Assembly: GCA_964016885.1 (NCBI GenBank)
Contig: OZ024749.1
Coordinates: 34,658,001-34,722,000 of the forward strand
Direction of reading: 5' to 3'
Length of the DNA stretch: 64,000 bases
Source of the DNA: Eledone cirrhosa
Lineage: Eukaryota
Position numbers and translations under genes: made by a program
Shown here: piece after piece, positions 25,408 through 38,852 of the stretch
How the letters are laid out: the number at the start of each line of letters is the position of its first letter
How positions within the stretch are numbered: the stretch's first letter is position 1
Notes under the pieces: generated by a model
Told to the model about the DNA's origin: nothing
The model's database searches: none
The model's input: only the letters and a program-made list of their open reading frames with translations

Positions 25408-25905
25408 CTATGTTAAGTGTCTGCCAAAGAGATGTAGAGATATTGTTGAGTTCAAGCTAGCTGACAAACAGTGTGGTTTTTCCTCTAGTTAAAGCACAGC
25501 TGACCAAATATTCACTTTGCGACCAGTTCTTAGAGAAATTATGGGAGTATTGCCAAGAGGTGTATGCTTGTTTTGTGGACCCCAACAAAGCATAAGACCA
25601 TGTTCCAAGGGACTTATTGTGGAATGTTATGCATGTGTATGGGATTAATGGACGGTTTCTTGTTGCTTTAAAGTCTCTATATGAATGTCTTATCATTTGT
25701 GTTTGGATAAAAGGTACTAAGTTGAAACCATTCAATGTGGGTGTCAGATTTTGACAAGGGTGCATATTGTTACCTTTCCTGTTCATAATTTTCATGAATT
25801 AGAATGACATGCAGAACTATGTTGGAAGTGGTATCAAAACCAGCTCATGCAGCATCAGTCAGTTGATATTTGGAGGCGACATGGTGCTACTTTCCTTGTT
25901 TCAAT
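25408..25905 (+). pseudogene. decayed RTE-type reverse transcriptase fragment
   Basis: Plus-strand translation with frameshifts and stops: QCGF..TADQIFTLR..FLEKLWEYCQEVYACFVDPNKA*DHVPRDLLWNVMHVYGINGRFLVALKSLY...F*QGCILLPFLFIIFM...LIFGGDMVLL (RT motifs FVD.KA.D.V, QGC.L.P.LF, degenerate FADD). Confidence 0.88.
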
Positions 25906-26436
25906 CTGATAATAGGATACTTTCATCTGTCAGGGGTTGTAACCAGCAGATACCAGCAGCTTTGGAAAGACAAGGTCTGATGTGACACTAGGATACTTTC
26001 TTCTACCAGGAGTTGTGACCAGCAGATACCTGCAGCTATGGAAAGACAAGGTCTGATCTGACAATAGGATACTTTCTTCTACCAGGAGTTGTGACCAGCA
26101 GCTATGGAAAGACAAGGTCTGATCTTACAATAGGATACTTTCTTCTACCAGGAGTTGTGACCAGCAGATACCTGCAGCTATGGAAAGACAAGGTCTGATC
26201 TGACAATAGGATACTTTCTTCTACCAGGAGTTGTAACCAGCAGATACCAGCAGCTATGGAAAGACAAGGTCTGATCTGACACTAGGATACTTTCATCTGT
26301 CAGGAGTTGTGACCAGCAGATACCAGCAGCTATGGAAAGACAAGGTCTGATCTGACAATAGGATACTTTCATCTGTCAGGAGTTGTGACCAGCAGATACC
26401 AGCAGCTATGGAAAGACAAGGTCTTATCTGACAATT
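25905..26436. repeat. 76-bp tandem repeat, ~7 copies
   Basis: ggatactttc at 25915, 25991, 26067...; one unit has a short deletion. Confidence 0.93.
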
Positions 26437-26499
26437 GGCTATTTTTCTTCCATTTTCTTTTTCTACAATGGTGCAACTGATGTTGGAAATCTATTTACA

Positions 26500-29400
26500 A
26501 CAGCAGCAGGAACAGCAGTGCCACAGTTGTAGTTGTAACAATTGAAATAACAACAATAGCCACATTATCAGTTGTAACAACAACTTCCACTCTACCACCA
26601 CCACCTATAACAACCACAACAACAACAATAACAGTAACAATATCAGCTGGAACAACAACAACAACAATAACAGTAACAATATCAGCTGTAACAACAATAA
26701 CAACAACAACAACAGTAACAATATCAGCTGTAACAACAACAACAACAGTAACAAGAATCATAAAATAACATTTGTATTAATAACAAAACAAACTAGAAAG
26801 AACATCAGTTATAACAATAAAGACATCACCACAAACATTTTTACAAGCAACAACAACAACAACAACAAATGCAACTGTGAGAACAACAGCAACAACAACA
26901 GCAGCAGCAGCAACAACAACAACATCAATATCATTAAAAACAACAGCTTCTGCAACAGTAACAACTGCAACAACAACACCAACAGCAGCAACACTATCAT
27001 TACAAACAACAACAACTGCAACAACAGCAGCAGCAGCAACACTATCATGACAAACAACAACAACTACTACTACAACAACACCATCATGACAAACAACAAC
27101 AACAACTACTACTTCTACAACACTATCATGACAAACAACAACTACTACTACTACAACAACACTATCATGACAAACAACAACAACAACTACTACTTCTACA
27201 ACACTATCATGACAAACAACAACTACTACTACTACAACAACACTATCATGACAAACAACAACAACTACTACTACTACAACAACACTATCATGACAAACAA
27301 CAACAACTACTACTACTACAACAACAACACTATCATGACAAACAACTACTACTACTACTACAACAACACTATCATGACAAACAACAACTACTACTACTAC
27401 AACAACACTATCATGACAAACAACAACAACTACTACTACTACAACAACACTATCATGACAAACAACTACTACTACTACTACAACAACACTATCATGACAA
27501 ACAACAACAACTACTACTACTACAACAACACTATCATGACAAACAACAACAACTACTACTACTACAACAACACTATCATGACAAACAACAACAACTACTA
27601 CTACAACAACACTATCATGACAAACAACAACAACTACTACTACTACAACAACACTATCATGACAAACAACAACAACTACTACTACTACTACACTATCATG
27701 ACAAACAACAACAACTACTACTACTACTACAACAACACTATCATGACAAACAACAACTACTACTACTACTACAACAACACCATCATGACAAACAACAACT
27801 ACTACTACTACTACAACAACACTATCATGACAAACAACAACAACTACTACTACAACAACACCATCATGACAAACAATAACTACTACTACTACAACAACAC
27901 TATCATGACAAACAACAACTACTACTACTACTACAACAACACCATCATGACAAACAACAACTACTACTACTACTACAACAACACTATCATGACAAACAAC
28001 AACAACTACTACTACTACTACAACAACACTATCATGACAAACAACAACTACTACTACTACTACAACAACACCATCATGACAAACAACAACTACTACTACT
28101 ACTACAACAACACCATCATGACAAACAACAACTACTACTACTACTACAACAACACTATCATGACAAACAACAACAACTACTACTACTACAACAACACTAT
28201 CATGACAAACAACAACAACTACTACTACAACAACACCATCATGACAAACAATAACTACTACTACTACAACAACACTATCATGACAAACAACAACTACTAC
28301 TACAACAACACCATCATGACAAACAACAACTACTACTACTACTACAACAACACTATCATGACAAACAACAACTACTACTACTACTACAACAACACTATCA
28401 TGACAAACAACAACTACTACTACTACTACAACAACACCATCATGACAAACAACAACTACTACTACTACTACAACAACACTATCATGACAAACAACAACTA
28501 CTACTACTACTACAACAACACTATCATGACAAACAATAACTACTACTACTACTACAACAACAACACTATCATGACAAACAACAACTACTACTACTACTAC
28601 AACAACACCATCATGACAAACAACAACTACTACTACTACTACAACAACACCATCATGACAAACAACAACTACTACTACTACTACAACAACACCATCATGA
28701 CAAACAACAACTACTACTACTACTACAACAACACTATCATGACAAACAACAACTACTACTACTACTACAACAACACTATCATGACAAACAACAACTACTA
28801 CTACTACTACAACAACACTATCATGACAAACAACAACTACTACTACTACTACAACAACACTATCATGACAAACAATAACTACTACTACTACAACAACACT
28901 ATCATGACAAACAACAACTACTACTACTACTACAACAACACTATCATGACAAACAACAACTACTACTACTACTACAACAACACTATCATGACAAACAACA
29001 ACTACTACTACTACTACAACAACACTATCATGACAAACAACAACTACTACTACTACTACAACAACACTATCATGACAAACAATAACTACTACTACTACAA
29101 CAACACTATCATGACAAACAACAACTACTACTACTACTACAACAACACCATCATGACAAACAACAACTACTACTACTACTACAACAACACTATCATGACA
29201 AACAACAACTACTACTACTACTACTACAACAACACCATCATGACAAACAACAACTACTACTACTACTACTACAACAACACCATCATGACAAACAACAACT
29301 ACTACTACTACTACAACAACACTATCATGACAAACAACAACTACTACTACTACTACAACAACACCATCATGACAAACAACAACTACTACTACTACTACAA

Positions 29401-30346
29401 CAACACTATCATGACAAACAACAACTACTACTACTACTACAACAACACCATCATGACAAACAACAACTACTACTACTACTACAACAACACTATCATGACA
29501 AACAACAACTACTACTACTACTACAACAACACTATCATGACAAACAACAACTACTACTACTACTACAACAACACTATCATGACAAACAATAACTACTACT
29601 ACTACAACAACACTATCATGACAAACAACAACTACTACTACTACTACAACAACACTATCATGACAAACAACAACTACTACTACTACAACAACACTATCAT
29701 GACAAACAATAACTACTACTACTACAACAACACTATCATGACAAACAACAACTACTACTACTACTACAACAACACTATCATGACAAACAACAACTACTAC
29801 TACTACTACTACAACAACACTATCATGACAAACAACAACTACTACTACTACTACAACAACACTATCATGACAAACAATAACTACTACTTCTACAACAACA
29901 CTATCATGACAAACAACAACTACTACTACTACTACAACAACACCATCATGACAAACAACAACTACTACTACTACTACAACAACACTATCATGACAGACAA
30001 CAACTACTACTACTACTACAACAACACTATCATGACAAACAACAACTACTACTACTACTACAACAACACCATCATGACAAACAACAACAACTACTACTAC
30101 TACAACAACACCATCATGACAAACAACAACTACTGCAATGGCAAGAAGAACAGCTGCAACAACAACAACAACAACAACAATAACAATATCATTAAAAACA
30201 ACAACTGCAACAACAGGAACAACAATATCATTATAAACAACAACAACAACAACTGCAACAACAACAACAATATCATTACAAACAGCAGCAACAGCAAAAA
30301 GAACAACAACTGCAACAAAAATATCATTACCACCACCACCACCACC

Positions 30347-30395
<49 letters not shown>
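26500..30395. repeat. (AAC)/(TAC) compound minisatellite: ~36-45-bp units ACYATCATGACAAACAACAAC(TAC)nAACAAC, flanked by degenerate (AAC)n
   Basis: Core array ~27040-30130. Unit length varies in 3-nt steps, which explains the >1000-aa low-complexity ORFs. Confidence 0.97.
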
Positions 30396-30529
30396 GTGGT
30401 ACTATTAAAAATAAGCTGACAGTCCAAGAAAGTAAGGGGTTGAGGTGGGAGGAGGGAGGGAGACTGACAAAGTGTTGAAGTAGTTTTGTCTGGGCTGGAA
30501 GTGGGAGAGGAGGTGGTGTGATGGGGGGA

Positions 30530-31360
30530 GTAGTGGAAGAGTGTGCAGCAGAAGTGGTGGGAGAGGAGGTGTGGTGGGAGTAGTAGAAGAGAGTGTGCAA
30601 CAGAAGTGTGTGTGGGGGGGGGGGGGGGGGGGGGGGTAATAGAAGAGGAAGAGAATGTGCAACAGAAGTGGTGTGGGGGGGGGGGGGTAATAGAAGAGGA
30701 AGAGAATGTGCAACAGAAGTGGTGGGGGGTAATAGAAGAGGAAGAGAATGTGCAACAGTAGTGGTGGGGGGAGTAGAAGAGGAAGAGAATGTGCAACAGA
30801 AGTGGTGGGGGGGGGGTAATAGAAGAGGAAGAGAATGTGCAACAGAAGTGGGGGGGGTTAATAGAAGAGGAAGAGAATGTGCAACAGAAGTGGTGTGGGG
30901 GGGGGGTAATAGAAGAGGAAGAGAATGTGCAACAGAAGTGGTGGGGAGGTAATAGAAGAGGAAGAGAATGTGCAACAGTAGTGGTGGGGGGAGTAGAAGA
31001 GGAAGAGAATGTGCAACAGAAGTGGTGGGGGGGTAATAGAAGAGGAAGAGAATGTGCAACAGAAGTGGGGGGGGGGGGGTAATAGAAGAGGAAGAGAATG
31101 TGCAACAGAAGTGGTGGGAGAGGAGGTGTGGTGGGAGTAGTAGAAGAGAGGAAGAGAGTGTGCAACAGAAGTGGGGGGGGGTAATAGAAGAGGAAGAGAA
31201 TGTGCAACAGAAGTGGTGGGAGAGGAGGTGTGGTGGGAGTAGTAGAAGAGAGGAAGAGAGTGTGCAACAGAAGTGTGGGGGGGGGGGGGTAATAGAAGAG
31301 GAAGAGAATGTGCAACAGTAGTGGTGGGGGGAGTAGAAGAGGAAGAGAATGTGCAACAGT
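30530..31360. repeat. ~45-bp purine-rich minisatellite with variable poly-G
   Basis: GTAATAGAAGAGGAAGAGAATGTGCAACAGAAGTG(G)n repeated. Confidence 0.93.
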
Positions 31361-31862
31361 AGCTGCAGCATCAGTTGCATTAGCAACGACAGTTTGTTAG
31401 ACTGAAATAGGAGGAATTTACCAAGTTTTTAACTCCCAGTTTTTAGTTTAGAAGAAGAATAAATAATATTAGAATGGAATGAACCTGCATCATTTTTGAC
31501 AATGAGTGTTCCAATTTGTCTGTTTGGGAAATTAATGTGTAAGTGGCTGAACATTCCACAGAAATGTGTACTTTTAATGTAGTTAGTTCTCAGAGTGGTT
31601 CAGTATGGGGCAGTGCGTGACAAAACTGACCCTTTAAATTTTTTTCCAGCTGAGTGAATTGGAGCAACATGAAATAAAGTATCTTGCTCAAGGACACATC
31701 CTACTGGAAATCGAACTCACTACTTTACAATTGGGAGTCAAACTTCCTACACCACTAAGCCTTGTCTTCAGGCATAAATATATACATTCTCAGATAGTCA
31801 CTGTTTACAAAACTTAATAGTAATATCTAATATGCTAAATTTAAGATGACATGTTCCAACCC

Positions 31863-32080
31863 TTTTCAATCATATTTTATAATTTTCAATCATATTTTAT
31901 AATTTTCAATCATATTTTATAATTTTCAATCATATTTTATAATTTTCAATCATATTTTATAATTTTCAATCATATTTTATAATTTTCAATCATATTTTAT
32001 AATTTTCAATCATATTTTATAATTTTCAATCATATTTTATAATTTTCAATCATATTTTATAATTTTCAATCATATTTTAT
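31863..32080. repeat. perfect 20-bp tandem repeat, 11 copies
   Basis: AATTTTCAATCATATTTTAT repeated. Confidence 0.97.
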
Positions 32081-32295
32081 TTGTTTGACCCGAATTACTT
32101 GGTCGTTTCTATGGCTGTGCGGATAATGGTTTAACCATCGTCTCAGTGTGTTTGGCCTTTTAACTTATGTTGTTGCTCTAGTTCACTAGCTTCTATGGAC
32201 CGCTCGCCACACATCTCGGAAGTTGTTTTTCGCTAATTTCCAATACCCGAAATACGATTCTCGCTAATTTATATTTATATATATATATATATACA

Positions 32296-32609
32296 TGGAA
32301 AGTTATATTTAAAATTGTTGGGTTACAACTAGTAAATATTTATAACTGGTATAAAAGCACTCGACAAATATTTGGAGTATATTTACAATATTAAATAAAT
32401 GGAAAACTATATTTATACAACCATATTTATTTCATTATATATATTTCGGGGATATCATATTAACAATATGCTATGCCTTCATCAGACAAAATACAATTGT
32501 ATTTTGTCTGATGAAGGCATAGCATATTGTTAATATGATATCCCCGAAATATATATAATGAAATAAATATGGTTGTATAAATATAGTTTTCCATTTATTT
32601 AATATTGTA
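32296..32609. mobile_element. fold-back element, family 1: perfect 226-bp palindrome plus ~88-bp tail
   Basis: 32384-32496 is the exact reverse complement of 32497-32609 (centre acaa|ttgt). (TA)n on both sides; homologous to 32625, 45890 and 47790. Confidence 0.85.
32500..32565 (+). ncRNA. minimal type I hammerhead ribozyme (mirror copy on minus strand 32428-32493)
   Basis: Stem I TATTTTGT/ATGAAATA; CTGATGA 32508-14; stem II AGGCATAGCATATT-GTT-AATATGATATCCCC; GAAA 32546-49; palindromic TATATA; UA cleavage site. Confidence 0.8.
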
Positions 32610-32624
32610 TATATATATATATAT

Positions 32625-32923
32625 GCAAAAGTTCTATTTAAAATTGTTGGGATACAACAAGTAAATATTTTTATAACTGATATAAAGCACTCGACAAGTA
32701 TTTGGAGTAGATATACGATATTAATAAATGGAAACTATATTTATAAAACCATAATTCCATTTTTTCAGTTATAATGTAAAGCACTCAACAATACAGGAGC
32801 AGAATATATGCAAAATATTTGCATATATTCTGCTCCTGTATTGTTGAGCACTTTACATTATAACTGAAAAAATGGAATTATGGTTTTATAAATATAGTTT
32901 CCATTTATTAATATCGTATATAT
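32625..32923. mobile_element. fold-back element, family 1, without hammerhead (~105-bp arms plus tail)
   Basis: ~32710-32814 is the reverse complement of ~32818-32922. Tail and outer arm match the 32296 element. Confidence 0.82.
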
Positions 32924-32926
32924 AGA

Positions 32927-33264
32927 TGGAGGCGCATGGCTTAGTAGTTAGAGCATTGGCCTTGCAATCGAAAGGTTGTGAGTTCAATTCTCAGACCGGG
33001 TGATGTGTTGTTTCCTTGAGCAAGACACTTTATTTCACATTGCTCCAGTTTACTCAGCTGTAGAAATGAGATGATAGGGACTGGGGTTCCTATTATTCCA
33101 CTGCAAAGTGGTCGTGGAGGTGCCACGGCAAAAAAGCACCCAGCACTCACTGTAAATGAGGTTGGTGTTAGGAAGGGCATCCAGCTGTAGAAATCAAGCC
33201 AGAGTCAGTTCCCGTCCCACCCTTGCAAGCAGGGAAAAAGCGGACGTAAAATGAAATGAAATGA
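32927..33264 (+). mobile_element. full-length tRNA-headed SINE with RTE-derived tail
   Basis: Near-identical to 20393-20787; ends in (AAATG)n. Confidence 0.9.
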
Positions 33265-36200
33265 TATATATAAAGGGTTGGGAGGACCCTCAGTTGCGTC
33301 AAGGACATGACAACCTCTCCTGTGCACTCAGTGGAACATTGATCATACATAAGTAAGACATAGATCCCTGGCCTACCTGGGAGATCAATGGCTCTGCTTC
33401 AGTACTGACTTGATCTATGTAGACCTTTCCAACCCTTGCTAGTAGGGAAAGCAGACATTAAAACAATGATGATATATATATGTGTGTGAGTGTGTGTATG
33501 TGAGCTCTATCTGTACATGTGTATTGTTTATTTGCTCTCCCATTTATGTCCTATAACTGTGTGCTTCAACAAAAGCTGTCAAGTAAAATAACTAGTGGGG
33601 TTGATATCATTAAGTAAACCTTGAAGGTGGTGCCCCAGCATGGCTACTGTCAAATGACTGAAAATAACAAAAGAATAAATGTATTAATGTGTGTGTGTGT
33701 ACATATATGTAGGTATGTATGTATTAATATATACATGTATGTATGAATGCATATATAAATGTGTATGTATATACAATTGTATGTATATATATGTATGAAT
33801 TCGCTAATCTATGCATATGAATGCATAGATGTATTTTTGTTATTACAAGCATAAGAATATATGCATGAATTATTTAATTACATGCATAACAATGTATGTG
33901 TGTATGTATGTGTGTGTGTGTACATGTGTGTGTATGTATGTAAGTGGTTAGGTAGGTAGGTATGCATGTATGTAATAAATGTATGTATTTATTATTATAT
34001 GCATTCATGAATAATTTGTGGACATTTGAGGTCAAAGAAAGGTTAAATGGTCTAATCACTTGTTCCCTTGATTGTTAAATTGTTAAGGCTGAAAGTGACA
34101 GGATGTTTTTGTGCACTTGGCTGTTTCTAATTGGAGCTTTTGTAAGTTTCTTCAAGTGAAGATGCATAGCCTTGTGGTTTGGTTAGGGTGTTGAACTCAC
34201 AGTCATAAGGTTGTGGGTTCAATTCTTGGACCAGGTGGTGCTTCATATTGCTTTTTGTGATAGGACTGGAGACCCTGTCATTGAAATACCCTAGAAAACT
34301 CTTACAAGATACAACCTTATAGGAGGCTAGCTAAACCTACAAATATGTGAGCTGTCATAACGACAGATGACTGAGGACCCTATTATTAAAACACCCAAGA
34401 AACCTCCTATGAGATACAATCTCATATGATACCATCTGTAAATTTCATTTTTTTTCAAGTTTTGTCCCTAAATTAATAGCCAGGTCTTTATAGACTCTAA
34501 CTAAACTGGTTAGGGACCCCATCCTTGACTCTTACATTTCATATTTGGCATGGTTTGGTTGGAGGCATTTCCTAACACCAATCATTTGACAAAGTGTACC
34601 GGGTACATTTTATTGTGACACCAGCACTACTACATTACAAAATATGCTGGATGTATTTGATTGTGACACCAGCACTATCCCTTTACACACTGCATTGGGT
34701 GTATTATATCATAGAACCAGCACTTACACTTTACAGAGTGTACAGTGTACATTTTATCACCAACCCTAGTCCACTTTACCAACCTTGTATTATAATTTCC
34801 TAATATAATATATATACCAATATCTAGACATCTGTTTACAACTATAGCCTGTTTCAAAGAAAACAATATTTTTTCAAAATCATTATTTGTTTAATTTTTC
34901 TCTTATGGCACTTTGGTTTTTCCCTTGCTAATACTATCAGTTAGTTACAATCAAAGCAGTGTTTCCTTAGTCTCATTTAATGATCATCCCTTTCCTTTTT
35001 TTTTTTTTTGTGGCAAGCTTCTAGAATTTACATCTAAGAGCAGGTCAGCCTTTGGAAGTGCAGAGTCCAACTGGTGTTACATATATATTACCATGTGCTG
35101 TTGCATGTACTTGACAAGCTGAGAGCAGATTAATCTAGTGTGGAGCCCAATTTGGTGTTTTATATATATGTTGTGTGTACTTGATGAGCCAAGAGTAGAT
35201 TACTCTAGTGCAGAGCCCAATTGGTGTTCCATATATATTGCCATGTGTTGTTGTGTGTACTTGACTAGTCAAGAGTAAAGCACTCTTATGTACAGGAGCC
35301 TCAATTAGGCATGGTAGGTGGAGGAAGGTGACGAATTGGTAACAATTGCTCCAGTTGGCTTTAATTCAAACCCTGTCAAAGAGACTGCATTCTTAAGATT
35401 ATCAAAAATTACTTCCTGACAGAAGTTAGTTGTTACTTTGAAATTTTTCCATAACTGGCCACAACATGTTATCACCCATCGCCCAAACCAAACCGGTTTT
35501 TGTTGAATAAGGCTGTAAAATCTACAAAGATCTCAGCCTAGATCAAAAACATTCAGTTATATTCTTAATTTACCAAGACAACATTTACATAGAAACTTCT
35601 CACGATCTGAATTCAACTTTGTCAAATCAGTTTTCTTATTTTTCTATTATATTTTCTTCATACAAAAATGGACGAATTACACCTCTATAATGAAATACAG
35701 ATAACGCCCTTTTATTCAATTTTTCATTGATTAGTTATGCTTTAATTTTTTTTCTTCCAAGTATTCTGTTCACAGACTTATGTAAAGATATGTACTTTAT
35801 ATCTATATCTATTACATCTTTTCTATTAAATAAGTACAGCATGTTAAGCAAACACATTTAACTGATGGTGGCCTTAAGAATCTAGCAGGAGCTAAGCACT
35901 CATAAATGAATGGATGGAAGACATAGAGAAATCATAAGCAAAGTTGAAGCAGTAAATGTTACTGTTGAACTCATTAACCACATAGCAGCCATGACTGCAC
36001 CTATAGGTGAGATGAATGTTGGAATGAACCTCTGTCAGTTTCCATCAACAGAACAACCTGCTTATGACATATGTATACTTAACATAATTCTCAGGGAGAT
36101 TCAGTGTGACACAGTGTGTGACAATGTTGGCCCATTGAATTACAGGTACAGTTCATCTTACAGGCTTCCAAACAGTTTCTTCCTACCCAATTTCACTCAC

Positions 36201-36696
36201 ATACCAAGGCTATAGTAAATGACACTTGCCCAAGATGTCACACAGTGAGATCAAACCTGGGACCTAATGATTGTCAATCGAACTTCTTCACCATTCTGCT
36301 ATGCTGTATTCATATCATCATCATCATACTATTTAACATGTACTTTCCATGCTTGCATGGATGAGACAGGTTGTTACACAAGACCTAATGCCTGTGAAGT
36401 GAACTTCTTAACCATTCAACCATGCTGTGTCTACAGGTGAGAGAAGGGTTAATATGTACCTTTAATGTACTGTCTACTGTGTATTTGGTATGATACTTGT
36501 TCCCTGCTATGGTGTAGATGTGATAAGCTACCATTGTTATTATTTAGCTGGCCATTGTTGACTACTTTGACGTCATCTGAATGTCGTGAGAAGATTTTCT
36601 CTTTTACTAATAATACTGATGATTGTCAGAGGTGAAGATATTTCATTTCTTTTCTTTTATATTTACGTCTGTAACTATTGAATTCAAAATTTAGCG

Positions 36697-36845
36697 TGCA
36701 TGCACACACACACACATACTCATACACACACACACACACTCTCATGCACACACACACACATACTCATACACACACACACACACTCTCATGCACATACACA
36801 CACACATACTCATGCACACACACACACATACACATACTCATGCAC

Positions 36846-36884
<39 letters not shown>

Positions 36885-37080
36885 ATCCCTCTCTCTCACT
36901 CTCTATATCTCACATACATGCATACACCCTCCCTTTTTCTCTCTTTCTCTCACGCATACTCACACATGCATGCTCTCTCTCTCCTATATATATATGAGAG
37001 AGAGAGACTAATTAACCTTTAATGAATATATACATATATATATATATCTATATCTTTATATATATATATCTATATATATA
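36697..37080. repeat. (CA)n/(CT)n/(TA)n compound microsatellite
   Basis: Seen directly. Confidence 0.9.
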
Positions 37081-37240
37081 AGGTCAAATACCAACCCTAC
37101 TACCATCTACAAACTGACCAATGAGAATCAAGACTATTTCTGCTGACAACATTAAATTATTCCTAACAAGCTCATATGTCCCAAGGCTCTGATACCATCA
37201 ACACTATAAACACAGAGCTGGCATATCTAAGAACTGACTA

Positions 37241-37296
37241 ACTGCCTGATGAGGTCATAGCCATTCAATGGCTATCATCGAAATATATATAGCAGT
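37241..37296 (+). ncRNA. minimal type I hammerhead ribozyme in a solo pLTR-like segment (~37081-37345)
   Basis: Stem I ACTGC/GCAGT; CTGATGA 37246-52; stem II GGTCATAGCCA-TTCAA-TGGCTATCATC; GAAA 37280-83; TATATA; UA. AATAAA follows immediately and (TA)n flanks the segment. Confidence 0.88.
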
Positions 37297-37884
37297 AAAT
37301 AAAAGATTATGAGTTCATGCAATTGACTTATGTTTCGTCACTATCTATCTATATATATATATCACATGCATGCACCTTTCACACACTCACTCACTTTCTC
37401 ACATACATACACTCACTCATTCACTCTCTCACACACACTCACTCATTCACTCTCTCTCTCTCTCTCATATATACACACTAATATGCTTACCACTATGCTA
37501 TGGTTATGTAAATGTATTCTCCAAATAGCCCAAGGATATTTATCTCACACCACCTTACACCACAAAGTAAAGCGGTGAAGGTTGATCGTTATTTTTACCT
37601 CAATGCACAATATTCTCAATAAGATGAACCAGAACAATTGTTTTTCTCCTGATTCTCGCCATATCTGGGAAGGGCATTCATTTCTCCACTGTTTCCATAC
37701 CTTCCACTCCTTCAATACTCTCCAAATACCCAAGCAAACAGCATACAATACATAGTTTTCTTCTATGAACATTAAACACACAAACAACTTATGATTATAT
37801 TTTCTAAAGTGATTAGTTTATAAACTAGCAATGTTTATCTTCAAACTATGTTTGTGTTGCTTCTAATGGTTTGGACCTTCATCG

Positions 37885-38412
37885 GCTCTGACGACGAGTG
37901 TTCCAGTTGTTCAGTCAACAAGACAGCCTGCTCATGAAATTAATGTGCAAGTGGCTGAGCATTTCATAAGGCACGTGTGTGTATGTGTGTTGTATGACTA
38001 CTGTTGGCTCTAAAAATGTATGTTCCAGTTGTTCAGTCAACGAGGCAGCCCGTTCATGAAATTAATGTGCAAGTGGTTTAGCATTCTACAAACACGTGCA
38101 CTGCACCCATAATGTAGTTTTTAAGGGAGATTCAGCGTGACGCAATGTGTGAAACGTCTGGCCCTTAGAATTACAGGTATAGGCCATCATATATTATAGT
38201 CTAGGAGGTTGAGTATTCCACGGACATGTGTACCATTAATGTAGTTCTCAGCAAGATTCAGTGTGACACAGCTGGTTCTTTGACATACAGGTACATATCT
38301 GTAACATGAAATAAAGCATCTTACTCAAGGTCAAAGTACCCTGTTGGGAATCGAACTCACAACTATAAGGTCATGAAACAAACACCCTAGCCTCTAAGCC
38401 AAATGCCTTCAC
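37885..38412 (-). mobile_element. tRNA-headed SINE(s), minus strand, with internal duplications
   Basis: gttccagttgttcagtcaac..aattaatgtgcaagtgg occurs twice. Head (reverse complement) gaatcgaactcac...cctctaagccaaatgccttcac. Confidence 0.7.
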
Positions 38413-38416
38413 TGAA

Positions 38417-38852
38417 TTAACCCTTTTGTTACAATATTCCTAATGAAAGACAGTGTTCCCTATGAGTTTAAAATAGAGGTATTTAGTAATATAATGTTCT
38501 CATTATTAAACTGGTGTTTGTTGCATAACCTAACAAAGAATCTTATATAAAATTATGTTGGAAGGATTTCAGATAAATGTAGACACTTCAAGCCTTTAGC
38601 ATTTACACCCAGAATTCTCTCATCTCTTTCTGTTCAAAATGGCCATACTGCTCATACTGATGTTAAGGTATTGTTTTCAAAATAAATAATATAAAAATCT
38701 CATAGATTCAATTTTATGTGAGATAATTATGTGAAATAAAGCCTTTACTGTGAAAATACAATAATAAATATAGAATAATGTAAATGCTAAAAGGTTAAAT
38801 TAAACTGTTTTCTATCATAGAACTAGGAATGGTATAGTATGAAAAGAGTTAA
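38417..38852 (+). mobile_element. MITE family B with nested family A (~38588-38798)
   Basis: ttaacccttttgttac...aaaagagttaa termini. Internal cctttagcattta...aaatgctaaaaggttaa. Confidence 0.75.

Noticed and set aside
26777-31315. 1512-aa and 1143-aa ORFs as CDS
   Set aside because: Low-complexity read-through of trinucleotide-based tandem arrays.
32384-32609. Perfect palindrome as an assembly or fold-back read artefact
   Set aside because: Homologous palindromes elsewhere have arm mismatches (including CpG-type changes in family 2) and a shared short-arm end point, which argues for real insertions. A raw-read check is still advisable for this copy.
37886-37912. CTGACGA (and CTGATGA at 42212) as hammerhead cores
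   Set aside because: They lie at SINE ends with no stem II hairpin followed by GAAA.
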